DNA of 64,000 nucleotides, taken from Entomortierella parvispora E1425 (lineage: Eukaryota; Fungi; Mortierellomycota). The notes under the pieces are model-generated. The model was not told the origin of the DNA. It made no database searches and saw nothing but the letters and a program-made list of their open reading frames with translations. The DNA lies in assembly GCA_020891255.1 (NCBI GenBank), contig BQFW01000014.1, forward strand, positions 620,001 to 684,000. Direction: 5' to 3'. The translations under genes were made by a program, and so were the position numbers. Position 1 is the stretch's first letter. Each line of letters begins with the position of its first letter. Shown one piece after another: positions 24,401 to 37,881 of the stretch.

Positions 24401-26731
24401 CACCGACCCAAGCCTGAACCATCGTCTGCAGGATAGCAGACCCTACGGAAAGCAGAACGATAGTTCAAATCCTTTCAGATTCAAAGATCGAACAGGGCGT
24501 CGTCTGTCCTTGCATGATTGCACTCATTCTACTTCACAGGAGATTGTCGGCCAGGACCCGGAACAGCGTTCCCGCCGTATCTGGGTGTGTGACGCGGATC
24601 TCGATATCCATCCTCATGAGGTTGCTGCTTATGAAGGCGTGGTGATCCCCCAGACGGAGCAAATTGTGAAGGTAATTCTTCAGTCTTTCAGTCATATTAG
24701 CATGTAGCTGTCTCTCAAGAAAGAATGGTATGACCACGGATGGAATTGCGTGCTGATAGCTCGATTCCTTCTAGATTACCAAAATCTCAATGGGCATTGT
24801 CACAGAGCACTGGAACGTCACTCTTGTGTTCCCCTCACCTGAAACCATACAGGAGGCGGACCCTGCTGGATACCATCTGCCTGCGGTTACAGAAGCCCCC
24901 AAGAGACAATGGATGGAAAAGACCGACGCCGCGGACTCTCCATCTGGCAGTCTTCGCCTCCGAAACTTGGACAGAGGTGTCAGGACACCACCATCACTTT
25001 CGTAAGTGGAGCCGAATGTACTTTGGCCCATGCGTGCCATATTGCTGAGAATATGTCATATTCTAATGTTCATGTTATTGTTTCTATTGGTTAGTGTTGT
25101 TCCAAGAGAGTCCAAAGTGGAAATCGAATCCATCTTCAAGTCGCCAGCGTATTTGGATGAGTACTTCCCCATCAAGATCAAGGTCCGCAATGGAGAGAAG
25201 TTTGCCGTATCTATGGAGATGGATGTGGAGTTGTTACCGATCGACCCCAGCATCGAATCATCAGATTTCATTTTCTTGGATCCAGCAGATCAAACGGATG
25301 CCAACCAGGCACTCCTTGGTCTTCGTCCTTCCAAGAAGGGAGCGGACTCTGACCCTATGGTTCCTGTGGGAGAATGGGCGGAACAAGTGATTTATGTCAA
25401 GGCCTGTGAGATTCCGACGCCAAGGACAGTGGTGTGCAAGGTCCGGTACGAGGTTGTGACTTCGGAAACAGATCAGACGAGATCTTGGACCGAGAAACAC
25501 CACTCGTTCAGGGTTTTGTTCATTCCGCCCTTTGATGCAGAGGTGGATTATTTCCATCAACCTGCATCCAAAATGACGGCGGATGCGGGCGAGTCGACGG
25601 CCATCGCACCGATTTTGGAACGGAATACAGTGGATGAGAAGCATGGCACGGTCCTGATCCCAGCGCTGACCCACAGGGAGCAGTATCTGATGTCGACCAA
25701 GGTGAACAACGAGGGTCCATGGCCTGTCCAGGTCAAGGAAGTCAAATTAATTTTGGGTTCGGCCATGGATGCGCTGTTGTCCGAGAGCGCGTCTAACACA
25801 AAGAGCCGTCAGGATGGGGCAGCCGCTCCTTTGGGGCTGTCCAGAAATCACAGTATCAGTCGTGCCAGGGACAGGAAGAAGAGCCTTCACGACGCCGGTA
25901 TTTATGTGGATCTTGTCGAGGATTCTGTACAGAAAGACAATGCCGGTGTCGCCTCTGAATCATCTGAAGGGAAGCTCGGTGGGTCAATCAAAAAGTGGGC
26001 CCCTAACAACTTGGTCAGCTTCAATCACCTTATCCAGGTCACGGCCGCGGATCTGGAGCTGGCGCCGGAGCAGGTCGACATTGGATTTTTGCAGATCCAG
26101 TGGCGAAGATATCAGGAAGACCCAAGGAAACAGACGCCATACACCATGGCACTTGTGCCTCTCCAGCCTCTGACATTACCCAAGGCGGAAATCTTCATGA
26201 CCGTTGGTATGGGTCTTGATTGCCCTTTTTTTTTTCTCTCTCTCTCTCTCTCTTTTTCCACCAAAAAGAAATGTCGGTCTCTCATACTTTGTGTTCCCCT
26301 TTTTATCTCTAGATTTGCCAAAGGACGCAAAGGTGAATAGACCTTTCACAGCACGATACAAGATTGAGAACCCAACTGGAAGAGTTCACGAATTGTCCAT
26401 GACGGTGGAACCTTCAGAGGGCATGGTCTATGCTGGAGTCATGCAGTCGACGCTCCGTATCCTGCCCTATGGCAGTCTTCCGATCCAGATGAATTGCTAC
26501 CCTTTGCAGGCGGGTCTGGTGCGTCTCCCTCGAGTCAAATTGGTTATTAACAAGAGGAAACCCATTGGACGCGCCGCCGCTGCTGCTGCTGCCAGGAGAG
26601 AAGCGCCATCTGAGGAGGTGCTGGTCAAGGTCAGAGGCGCCACTCGATTGGCAAATGGCTCAATGCCTGCAGGCGCTTCGAGTGAAGCAGTGGTCATTTT
26701 CGTCAAACCAGAAACTGGTGACATAGCTTAG
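21414..26731 (+). CDS. TRAPPC11: TRAPP III subunit TRAPPC11 (Foie-gras/Gryzun)
   Basis: MDTYPPEF start; PLYPDGLISPVWLRRHRE; WMLRYDYKMGMFSE; RWAEAK; FEYWAWLGKQYRVLGDL; YRKEGW; C-terminal Gryzun-like Ig region; about 10 canonical introns. Confidence 0.92.
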
Positions 26732-26961
26732 AGCGAGAAAATACCTGCGTATTTAGAAGAAAAAAAAATGAAAAAAAAATGATTCAATTCATTCGTTGTT
26801 TTTTTGCCTGGATGTGCGTTAAGAGAGCAAAAAAGTGGGTAGGTGGGCGTTTATGGACAGATGGGTGACAGAGACAAGGGTGCGTGGGTGAAGGAAAAAA
26901 GAGGCGTCTAATTTACTGAAGAAGAGAGGGGAGGGGGAAGGGAGTGGAGGGAAGAGAGATT

Positions 26962-29409
26962 TTAAACATCCAACAGCAAGCGAGCGGGATCCTCAATGAC
27001 CTCCTTCAGTTTGACCAAGAACGTCGTGGCTTCACGACCGTCAATGATGCGATGATCGTAGGTGAGGGCAATGTACATCATAGGGCGGATTTCGACCTTG
27101 CCGTTAATCGCCACAGGTCTCTCCTTGATGGCGTGCATGCCCAAAATGGCGCTCTGAGGCATGTTGATAATAGGGGTACCCATCATAGAGCCAAAAACAC
27201 CGCCGTTGGAGATGGTGAAGGTACCACCGCTCAAGTCCTCAATGGCAATCTGGCCACCGCGAGCCTTGGCACCATACTGGGCAATGCTCTTCTCAACCTC
27301 CACGAATGACATGCTCTCGGCGTTGCGGATCACGGGTGTGACAAGACCCTTGGGGGTTGCAACGGCAACGGAGACATCTACGTAATCATTGTACACAATA
27401 GAGTCCCCTTCGATTCTGGCATTGACCGCAGGAAGCTCCTTGAGGGCGTAGCAGGAAGCCTTGACAAAGGCAGACATGAATCCAAGTTTGACGTTGTGCT
27501 TTTTCAAGACAGCATCCTTGTAGGTCGATCGGAGGTTCATCAAGTTGCTCATATCCACTTCGTTAAACGTTGTCAATGAAGCAGCGTTCTCCTGAGACTG
27601 CTTCAGGCGCTTGGCGATGGTCTGACGCATGCGGTTCATTTTGACGCTGCGCTCCTCTCGGCTGAAGGCCACAGGGCGGCTGGCCGAATCTGAACTTGCA
27701 GATGATGAGGAAGGGGCGGGCTTGGGGGGTGCAGGTGCCGAGAACTTCTTAGGCTCCTCCTTCTTGGGTTCCTCCTTCTTGGTCTCTGCCTGCTTCTTGG
27801 GTGCCTCCTTCTTGGGCGTCTCTTCCTTCTTCTTAGATGTCTCTTTCTTGGGCTCAGCACCTAGGTAGAAAAGGAGATGGCTCATAAACAAAGGGAACTT
27901 TCAAAACACATTGTTTGCCCACACCCGTTCATTTCAAGCACTGGCGAATAGACGATGGTATCACGCCAAGTAAAGCTATCCAAGCACTCACCTCCGGCAG
28001 GGGCATCTCCAAGCTCGAGCTTAAAGAGATCAGCACCAACAGCAACCGTTTCGTCCTCCTTAGCGTACAATTCGAGAATGGTACCAGACTTTGGCGAGTT
28101 GACAGCCACATCGACCTAATGATTACGCATAGAACAGTGAGCATTACATTAATGCAGGTTTGGCTCCAGATGACCTCATTTTGTAACTGCTGATCCTCCA
28201 TCTCGTTTGTTTCTGCTTTCCGTGCGTTCTCCAAACACAATTTGGGAACAAAAGTGGAGCTGCAAGTCGGGAAACACGGTCCTTTTCTTTACCCCTGATC
28301 TCTAGTGAAAGAGTCTTCTCCCTTTGTTCCAATCGTCTGGTTGTGCAATCCCAGCAACCAATCTGTTACTCCCCATGCCGAAACGGACGCCGCACTTCCA
28401 GAATCTCCTGTTCCTTTGAACTTTTCAACTTTTTCTGTCTCTATCTCTCTCCTTGGCTCTTCTTTTTCCCCTGAGAATATCCCTTCGTACCTTGTCAGTC
28501 TCGATCGTAGCAATCTCCTCGTCCAAGGCAACAAAGTCTCCGACCTCTATACGTGATTCAATTGCAAATGACGAAAAAATACGAGGAGCGAGTGAAGTTA
28601 GTTTACAATTTGAGGACTTGTTCGTACCCTCTCCACTGCCTTTTGCCATCCATTTTGAGAATAAGAGGCAATTTTTCCCAGGGTCGATTTCCTGCCCCGC
28701 CTTTTTTATACTGTATCTCATGTATCTCCTTGAGCCCTTTTTTTGGCGCGATCTTTGGGGTTGTGGGGAAAGAAGGAGGGCTGGCCGCGTGAAAAGTGGA
28801 CCCTTCTTTCTTTCTTCCAGACACACAGAAAACGTACTCTTGTTCCATTGCTTCAAGGATCCTTCCGAGATCGAGTCCGCCATGTGGGGAACTTTGACCA
28901 CATAATCGGCTAGTGAATTAGGCGCGGAAAAAAGGTGGGGAAGGCGAAATGGAAATAAATACAAGGTTTGTCATTGTTGGATCATGAACGTCATGGACAA
29001 TTGGCGGCACAAAGTCTCCAGATTGCAAAGAGGTTCTTACCATAGAAACGGACTTGGGTGCGGTATGGAGAGCTATTGTTTTTCACCCAGATCAAAAGTC
29101 GTCAGGACGCCGAGGGAAGGCAAAAAGATGAAAGAAAGGGAGGGGGTCAGAAAAATCACCCACGCTTGGGCCCAAAGACCAGAGAATTGGAATTGCAATC
29201 AGGGTTACTTAAGCGCATTTCACTCTGGAGGTCGGTGGTCTTTACCTAAGGCGCTGGGATGCAACGGCAGAAGCGGCAGAAGCATTGATAGTGAGCTGGC
29301 GGCGGGCGACTTGGGCCACAGGGGAAGAGTGAAGAAGGGTCGTCCTGGAGGAGAGGGCGATCAATGGACGGACGAGGAGCGTGGGTTTTGAACGGACAGA
29401 AGAAATCAT
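26962..29409 (-). CDS. KGD2: Dihydrolipoamide succinyltransferase (E2 of 2-oxoglutarate dehydrogenase), mitochondrial
   Basis: Presequence; lipoyl domain [19 protein letters not shown]; catalytic domain with [13 protein letters not shown] and [10 protein letters not shown]; five introns. Confidence 0.96.
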
Positions 29410-30306
29410 GGTGGAAATAGCGGTCGCAGAAAGAATGTGATAGAAGGAAAGAGATATTAAAAAGAAGAGGAGAAAAGGTATGAATTGGTTGGGTCGATGG
29501 ATGGATGAATGAAGGAAAGAAGGAAAGAAAGGAATGCGCGTCCAAGCGGGGGAGCGTGGGACCCTTCCAAAAGGAGCGATGACAGGGGCGGGTCACGTGC
29601 GTCTCGGACTCGTCTCTCTGGACTTCATGCCCTCCCCTCCTTTCTTTCTTATCCCCCTGACCCTTTGAAGTACACATGGTCGATCATCCGGGATTACTTG
29701 CCACTTCCGCTCTGGTGATATTGTTTGAAGTGTGTCGTATCGTCGTCAAACAGAAGCGCTCTTTTCGTCTCTTAATTTTTGACTCTGACCTTGACATTGA
29801 CATTGATATTGATCTCGACCCTGCGGGACACTCAAGGAACCCATACTCTTTTCCTGAATCCCGCGGCAATACGGGTCATCTTTTTCTTAAAAAAAGGCAA
29901 CAGCACAAAGCCTCAAGGCTATTGCCCGCCTGAATGTGGATAGATGATAGATCAACCCGTCGCGCCAGCTCACGTTGTACGAATGACATCAACCAAAAAT
30001 GATAGATAGGAGAACCAGCGTTGTTGTGTTCGCGTGCCTTGACAATGACGATTGACGGAAGGCTGCAGGAATAGTAGCGCGGAAAAAGAAATCTATAAAA
30101 CCCTCTCCATCTGTGTCTTCCAGTTTTCACCTCCATCCTCTTCTCGCCTCACCTTCACTGCAACCCTTTCCTTCTATCAAAAACGTCGATTTTTTTTTCT
30201 GCATTTTGTAAGTTGAGAATCACGACTTTATATGATATTGGGTTCTGTCGCCACGTTTTTAACATTTCTTGTACCTGACTTCTTTGCTCATAGACTTGCT
30301 CCAAAA

Positions 30307-30690
30307 ATGTCCATGACCAATACTGCACCTTCTTCGGCCTACAGCAGGCCCACAAAGTCACCCAAAGTCTCTTCAGAACGCCGACCTTTCTTTGTATTGA
30401 GCATGCCAGCTCCTTGTCTGAAGACCCGGCCATTCAGCCTTCATAATGTCCGAAGCAGCAACGAGGCCACGACTACATATCCAGGGATGTTCCCCAACAC
30501 ACCATCCCCCGGAGAGGACGAGTCTGTAAGGCCTCGTAATGTTCAGTTTGTGCCGGAGAAAGAAAGACCGGAAAGTAAGGCTAACCCCCTGCCAAGAACA
30601 CCTTACCCTATGACGAGTCAGGATGAGGAGCGACTCCAGCGCCTGTTCTCTCGGCCAAGTGCTGGTGACCTTGAGCTGGTACCTGAATGA
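30307..30690 (+). CDS. Small disordered hypothetical protein (127 aa)
   Basis: ATG in aaaATG context preceded by a clean putative 5'-UTR intron 30208-30293 (gtaagt..cctgac..catag); S/P/T-rich product with RNVQF and LPRTPYP. Confidence 0.55.
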   Translation: MSMTNTAPSSAYSRPTKSPKVSSERRPFFVLSMPAPCLKTRPFSLHNVRSSNEATTTYPGMFPNTPSPGEDESVRPRNVQFVPEKERPESKANPLPRTPYPMTSQDEERLQRLFSRPSAGDLELVPE

Positions 30691-30990
30691 GCTGTACCTC
30701 TTGAACGGATCTTCGGCCCCGAAGGCGCTGAAAGAAAGAAATCACGTACAAACAACGCGGTGTCATCCTTGGGTCATATTTCACCTGTGTATATATATCC
30801 TCTCCTCTTTGAAAGGTCCCGTTTGCTGCATTAAGGCTGCATCCATTTATCACCTTGTCATCATATCCGTCGTCATTGCCGCATAGTTCGTCAGCCTCAA
30901 TAATAAACATGATACTTCACCATATGGCGCACGACATGGATGCACATTTTCTGTACGTGAAAAGCGAACCAGAGGTGGAGAGACCTGTTT

Positions 30991-30997
30991 TGAGTCA
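30991..30997. promoter_or_regulatory. Gcn4/CpcA-type response element TGAGTCA
   Basis: Perfect heptamer about 350 bp upstream of the tryptophan synthase ATG. Confidence 0.45.
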
Positions 30998-31228
30998 CAG
31001 CTGCCTTTCCAAGGACCCCAGAGCGGGGTCTATCGATCGCAGAAAAGAGCGATTGTCCATCCCATCCAGCAAGAAGGGACGAGAGAGGAAGAATGAGAGC
31101 AGGCAGGGCGTGGTCTGTGTTGTGTACCTGCCCCCCACAGGCGGACAAACAAAGAGGAGCGAGGATCGATCATCCAGATTTCCCTGCGCACAAACACGGT
31201 CTGGGCTGAGACTGCTCTGCACGTTGAT

Positions 31229-31235
31229 TGACTCA
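31229..31235. promoter_or_regulatory. Gcn4/CpcA-type response element TGACTCA
   Basis: Perfect heptamer about 112 bp upstream of the tryptophan synthase ATG. Confidence 0.55.
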
Positions 31236-31346
31236 CACCGAGCAATCCAAAGAAAAAGCACGGCGCAATAAAGTCCTTCACTGCACTGCGATCCTCCCTC
31301 CTTTCTCTCCCATTCCCCCATTCCTCCTCTTTTCTCCATCACAACA

Positions 31347-34032
31347 ATGTCTGCCCATCTTAGACAAGTCTTCAGCGACTGCAAGGCCCAACGTAAGGGC
31401 TCTCTTTCTCAACATTTCTCTTGTGCTGATGCAATCGAATGCACTTCCATGCTGAACGTCTGCTTTTGTCATTTCTGTTGCAACAATGACAATAGAACGC
31501 CCTGCTTTCGTTGCTTTCATTACCGCCGGATACCCTGAGCCTAGCGAGACCGTTGATGTCATGCTCTCTCTCGAGCGTGGAGGTGCAGATATCATCGAGC
31601 TCGGTGTACCCTTCACAGACCCCTTGGCTGATGGCCCTACTATCCAAGAGTCCAGTCAGGTATGTGATCAACAAATATCTCAAGGAGTGTGTTGCTGGCT
31701 CTAAAAATCGTCGGGAGATCCTTATCGGAGCAAATAGTCCCTGATTCACTCGATCCTCGCCCGTCTTCCTCGTCCCAAATGGCAACAGGGACCGGCTAGT
31801 TGACTAATGGAGACCACGTTTCGTCCTATAGGTTGCTCTCGGTCACAATGTCGATATCCCCATGTGCCTCAACATGGTCAGGGAAGCAAGAGCCAAGGGT
31901 CTCAAAGCCCCTGTCATCTTCATGGGATACTTCAACCCCATCCGCTGCTATGGCGAGGAGCGCATTGTCAAGGACTGCAAGGAGGCTGGTGTCAATGGAT
32001 TCATCGTTGTTGAGCTCCCCCCAGAGGAGAGTGCCGAGTTCCGTGGATACTGCACACAATATGGGTAATTCGGATTTTTTTTTTTTGGTGGCAATTTGTT
32101 GGGTGCCAGCTGATGAGTATTAACAAACGGCGTCTCTGCAGTCTTTCCTATGTTCCTCTGATCGCCCCTTCAACCTCGGACATGCGTATTGGACACCTGG
32201 CTCAGGTTGCCGACAGTTTCATCTATGTTGTCTCCAAGCTTGGAGTTACTGGTGCTTCTTCTACCGTCAATGTCGAGCTTCCTAACCTGGTCTCTCGCAT
32301 CCGTCGCCACACTGATTTGCCTTTGGCTGTTGGATTCGGAGTCTCTAACCGTGAGCAATTCCAGGCTGTCGGTGCTCATGCCGATGGAGTTGTCATTGGA
32401 AGCAAGATCATCACAGTCCTTCGCGATTCCGGTAAGCTCGCCAGAATTCTTAATACCTTGCCATGTTTGAGATGTATAGGAGAAAATTACTGACGTTTTC
32501 TGCTGGACCCAAACGATAATAGCTCCTGGAACCCGTGCTGAGGCTGCTTACCAATATGCAAAGGATGTCAGCGATGCCACTGGTGCCCCTGGTACGATAT
32601 CACTAGGACGGTTCTATGAAGGCTAGCTACAAGACATTATTTTAACAGCATTTGCTTTCACTATTAGCTCACAACATCATCCACCCTGACTCTCGCATCC
32701 CCGTAACCCCTGGAGTAGGTTAAACTATATGGCACTGGATCATGACCACCACTGTACTAGAAATCGCGAAGATTAACCGTTGATTTACTTTTTTAGCATG
32801 TTCACTTGTTGGACCCTCGTTTTGGAGAGTTTGGTGGACAATATGTCCCTGAGGCTTTGGTGGACTGCCTGAGTGAGTTGGAGGCTGCGTATGTGGAGGC
32901 CAAGAACGACCCCTCATTCTGGGAGGAGTACAAATCATTCTATCAGTACATCGGTCGCCCCTCCAACTTGACCTTTGCTGACCGCTTGACAGAGAAGACC
33001 GGAGGCGCCAGGATCTGGTTGAAGCGTGAGGATTTGAACCACACCGGATCTCACAAGATCAACAATGCCGTTGGACAGATTCTGTTGGCCAAGCGCCTCG
33101 GAAAGAAGAGAATTATTGCCGAGACTGGAGCCGGTCAGCACGGTGTCGCCACCGCAACTGTGTGCGCCAAGTTCGGATTGGAGTGCATTGTGTACATGGG
33201 AGCAGATGATGTCCAGCGTCAGGCTTTGAACGTCTTCAGGATGCGTATTCTTGGCGCTAAGGTTGTCACTGTCAACTCTGGTGCCAAAACGCTCAAGGAT
33301 GCCATCAACGAAGCCATGAGAGATTGGGTGACCAACGTTACCACAACCCATTATCTTGTCGGATCCGCCATTGGACCCCACCCCTTCCCCACCATTGTCC
33401 GTGATTTCCAGTCTGTAATTGGTACTGAGGCAAGAGGACAGATGCTCGAGCAGGCTGGTCGCTTGCCCGATGCTATCGTTGCTTGCGTTGGAGGAGGAAG
33501 CAATGCCATTGGATTGTTCTATCCTTTTATCGAGGACAAGTCTGTGCAGATGATTGGAGCTGAGGCTGGTGGATCAGGAACCAACACTGAGCACCACTCT
33601 GCCACTTTGGCCGCCGGTACCATTGGTGTCTTCCACGGAACAAGAACCTACCTGTTGCAGGACAACACAACTGGTCAGATCAAAGAGACACACTCAATCT
33701 CTGCTGGTTTGGATTACCCCGGTGTTGGACCCGAGCACGCGTGGTTGAAGGATTCTGGACGTGCCAAGTATATCCCCGTGGACGATAGCCAATGTCTCAT
33801 CGGCTTCCGTGCACTTTGCGAGACTGAGGGTATCATCCCCGCTTTGGAATCTTCCCATGCCCTCTACGCCGCTATTGAGGTCGCCAAGGAGTTGGGACCA
33901 GGAAAGGATGTGCTCGTCACTGTGTCTGGACGTGGTGACAAGGATGTGGAGTCTGTGGCCAAGGCGCTGCCAACACTCGGACCCATCATTGGATGGGAGT
34001 TGGAGCTCCCCAAGATCTCTGAAAACTTCTAA
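31347..34032 (+). CDS. TRP5: Tryptophan synthase, fused alpha+beta
   Basis: Alpha: [29 protein letters not shown]. Beta: [13 protein letters not shown] lysine [39 protein letters not shown]. Six introns. Confidence 0.97.
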
Positions 34033-37000
34033 ACATGAGGGCCTATCCTCTTTCTTCCCCTTATCTCGGATCTTGACTTTTTTGACCTAAACACATTTGC
34101 ACATTAAAAAACATCATAGAACGTTTTGTTTGCAAGTGCGTGTGTACGACATCATGTCAGGGCGCAAAAGGAGGAGGTGGAGGTGGAAGAGGGTGGAACG
34201 GACACAATGCTATTGAGATATCGGACTATTCAGAAAAGGCAGGGGAGAGGGCGAGAAGGCAGAGACTAAAAAGCAAATGGAAACGACGCGGTGGTAACCA
34301 GCGCACACGGGCACAGATAAGCAAGCACCAAAGTTTAGGTGCAACATGAAGGAGATACCCCAAACCTTTTCCTTTTGCGCGATCGCGACAAAGACAAGGC
34401 GAGACTAGCTCCTTGTTTCTTCTTCTCTGAACGGGAAACCGGTCATGAAAACTCTTCCCGCGTACTTGAGGAGGTTATTGGAAAAGGGAAAATAGGAAAA
34501 ACACAAGTCAAGGCATGGCTTTCCCATTGTAACTGTTGACTCGAGGGGAGGGGGAGGGGGGGTGGGGGGGGGGGGAGAAAGGGACCGGACGTCCCCATTT
34601 TTTGAATGATAGGGGGAAGAGCATGGGTGACAAGGGGAGAACGAACTGTTGTGCGGTACTGAAGCAATTGAGAAGTGAAGTGCAAAGAATTCAAAAGAAC
34701 AAAAAAAAAGATGAAAGAAAAAAATGGTTCGCCGAGGTGATGCATCCATGACAGCGAACGGAGAAAAAGATAAAGGGGAGAAGAAAGGAGGGAAGAGAGA
34801 GGGGACATGCATGTGCAGCGCCATGTGCGGCAACATGTGCAGCAGCAGCGACGGCAGTTTTTCATCCCGCAGAAGGCACAAAGGCGTAGGGAAAGAAAAA
34901 AAGGCGCAGAGACATTGGCAGCAGAGTGGTAAATTTTCCGGACGAACAGAGCGGTCCGTTGTCGGAGAAGTTGGAATCGCTTGGAAGGCAGAGGGCCCCT
35001 GTGCACGCCAAGCTCTGCAGCCAAAAGCGCGGCCCCTGCGTTGGAATCAGGTTCAAGGACTCGGAGGAGCGAGCAGGTACCGAGCCAAACTTGCCCAAGC
35101 ATGCAGTGTTTTTTTTCCTTTCCTTTCTTTTGTGCAAAAGGTGGGTCACTCTCGGCAGTATTGTCCTAGTCCCTCCCTCAACGCACCACAGAGAGAGGCG
35201 TTAATTTAGGTTACGCCTCAGTTCCAACTTCCAATGGTCTACGACAAGTCCCAACTGCATGCTCCAGTCCCAATGGATCTACGGGAAGATCTTTCATTAC
35301 AAAAAAGGCTATCAATATGAACTGTGCCTAGATCTTTTGTCTATTTTCTGTCTTCAAATTCGATTCAGGGTCAGAAGAAAGAGAACAAGGAACTAGAACG
35401 TTGATTTTGATTATTCTCAATGAGTCTTGTGAACATTCATTTGTCTTTGATCCTCGAGGGCTCCGTTGTCAATCGATCGAGGACACACTCTTTTGTCCTG
35501 TTGCTCTTTTCTTTTCTCCTTCCCATCTTTTTTTTTCCAAGGGTTTTCTTCGCAGAAACCTGATTTCCCGCCGTGAGGATTGACATTTCGACATTTGTTT
35601 CTGTGTGATCCTGAAGTCTCTCCTGTCGCCCCCCATTTTTGAATCCATAGCAGAAGGGAAGGAGAGGTGGAAAGAGGGAAATGTCGATCGCTGTTGACTA
35701 AAACACGACCCAGCGCTCAGCGACAACAGAGCGAGGTTCTGTGGTGAACGAGAAAGGGGAAGGAGCGAGGGAACTAAGTTGGTCAAGTGTCGCCGAGGCT
35801 CTAATAGTAAAAAAAAAAAAAAAACGCAAAAATGAAGTGCGAACTAAACTAGACGTGATGGTGATGATAAGGCAGAACAGAGTATATGACCTTTGTGTTG
35901 GTTGATCAACGGACTGCAAGCAGTGCAAGCATGAGTGCGTTAACGGTGGAGCGCAAGAGTGAGAAACGAATGGAAAAGATGTTGTTCAAGCAGAAAGGTG
36001 GATCTTCGTTTATATCTTTTTTTTTTACTTGACCGATCATTAATGTAAAAAAAGCGTGCCTCGGTGAAAAAGCTCATCATGGAGGTCTTCCATGTCTGAG
36101 CTTTCCTTCTTTTTTTTGTTTATTTTGTTGATCCAGGATGAAAATCAGCGGTTCACTTGATGGTTGCGAGATCAACATGATGTTGCCTGTCCTCAGTCCC
36201 TGTATCTTCTTTCATTCAGTCTCGATTTCTCCCCCGTCCCGCCGTTTTCGGGAACAGCAAAGACAAAGGGACGCGAAGTTCGCGTTTTGGATTAAAGTAG
36301 ACTGGATGGGTGTCTCTGCTGGAGGCTAACACAAGAAGACTAGCCCTTGTTGTTGCCTGTCGAATGTGAAAACGAGGATCAACATGTTGGCTACTGCCGT
36401 TTCCTTACTCTATCGCATCCTCACCTCTCGCCACAATTATTGACAATAGACAAAATATTAAGGGAAGTGATCGTGGAACGCATCCTTCCTCCTTTGGCAA
36501 CAGCTGTTTTCATGGCGACGGAGCAAACAAGACATTACCCTCGCTGTTTCATGATGTTGCTCGGCCCTCAGATTTAAATCGGTTTCTTTAGTGCTTTGTG
36601 GCGTTGGTGTATGAAAGAATGTGTGTTCTCGTCAAGTAAGTCGGGTCTGACGTCGACCAGCGGGCTCGTTGGGCACACAAAATACCTCGAGAAAAAAAAA
36701 GACCCTAGCCGTTAACAGCGGTCAGGTTAAGAGGAGACGGGGTCAAGCGCACTACTCCGGACAAAGCACCCTTGGATCTACGCACGGGCCCCGCACTCTT
36801 TGATAGTGCCTCATGCAAAAAAATGAGTCGACGTGGATGACATATTGTTGTCGCTGGTTAGACAGACTACTCCTTCTGCAAAATTGATCAGATGAAGTGG
36901 ATTGCCATGAAGTTTAGAATGGGGATGACCGTCATTGTTTCATTTTAGGGCCTGCTGGATGGGCAAGCGTTGGGCCTCTGTATTTCTCCCGGACGAAACG

Positions 37001-37873
37001 CGCGAGTTCACAAGAGGCTCCTAAGATCGGATCCGAGAGGCTCAGCGCGAAAGAATCTCCGCTAGATCGCATTTTGTTTTTGTGCGAGAGGGAGACTTCC
37101 TTATCCGTCCATCAAAGGGCTCTCTCTGCTCTCGTCTTCCCGCCTTTTGACAAAGGTGAGGTTGCAAAATGACACAGAACAAGAAATTTGGATGGCTCAA
37201 AGAACTACCTGCCGTGGTGGGGGACTGCAACTGTCCCATTTCCTTTTATCTTGAGAAATTGGAGAAGAGAGTGCAGCTTCAATTGTTACGCCGAGGCATC
37301 CTTCCAACGACATGACATGTGGGGCGGTCTTTAACCGAGGGATTTCTCGAGCGAGAGGCGGATGCAGCTGGGCCTTGTTCACACGATTACGATTGTATTG
37401 TTCTTGCAATTTTTCTCTTTTTTTTTTTTTTTTTTTTTTGGCCAATGACCCCTCCTTGAGTCCTAGCCTTGCTTTGTTCGCGAACTGTGGTCATGCAATC
37501 TCACTGTTGGATATCCCTGCTGCTCCGTTGGCAAGTCCAACATGGATGTAAGCGAAGAAGCAAGTATTGGATATTTGAAGTAGCAAATCAATTCAATAAG
37601 CTGCCCTTCTTCAACCCGCACGCCTCAAGACGCACAAAAGAGAGGTCTTCAGTTCATATTTTGATGTGCTGGGTTGGGAGAGGGGATCATCGCCCCCTTC
37701 TTTGGATGCACCATCTTTCGTGTAAGAGTGTTGCCAAAAGTACTTTGTTTCCTTTTGAATTGGAGAACAGCACCCAGTGCAAAGTGCAAACAAACAAGAA
37801 CATGACAGCAACTCAAGATTTGCACACTCTCCACCCTTGCCTTCTCTTGATTCCTCTTTCCTTCAGCCAGTCC

Positions 37874-37881
37874 TATAAAAG
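37874..37881 (+). promoter_or_regulatory. TATA box (TATAAAAG) heading an ATG-less candidate first exon
   Basis: Canonical TATAAAAG, then a CT-rich stretch and a CAG|GTATGA donor at 38061. Confidence 0.45.

Noticed and set aside
9790-26731. Apparent Golgi/trafficking cluster (UNC-50, PIS1, TRAPPC11)
   Set aside because: Interspersed with unrelated housekeeping genes; no evidence of co-regulation.
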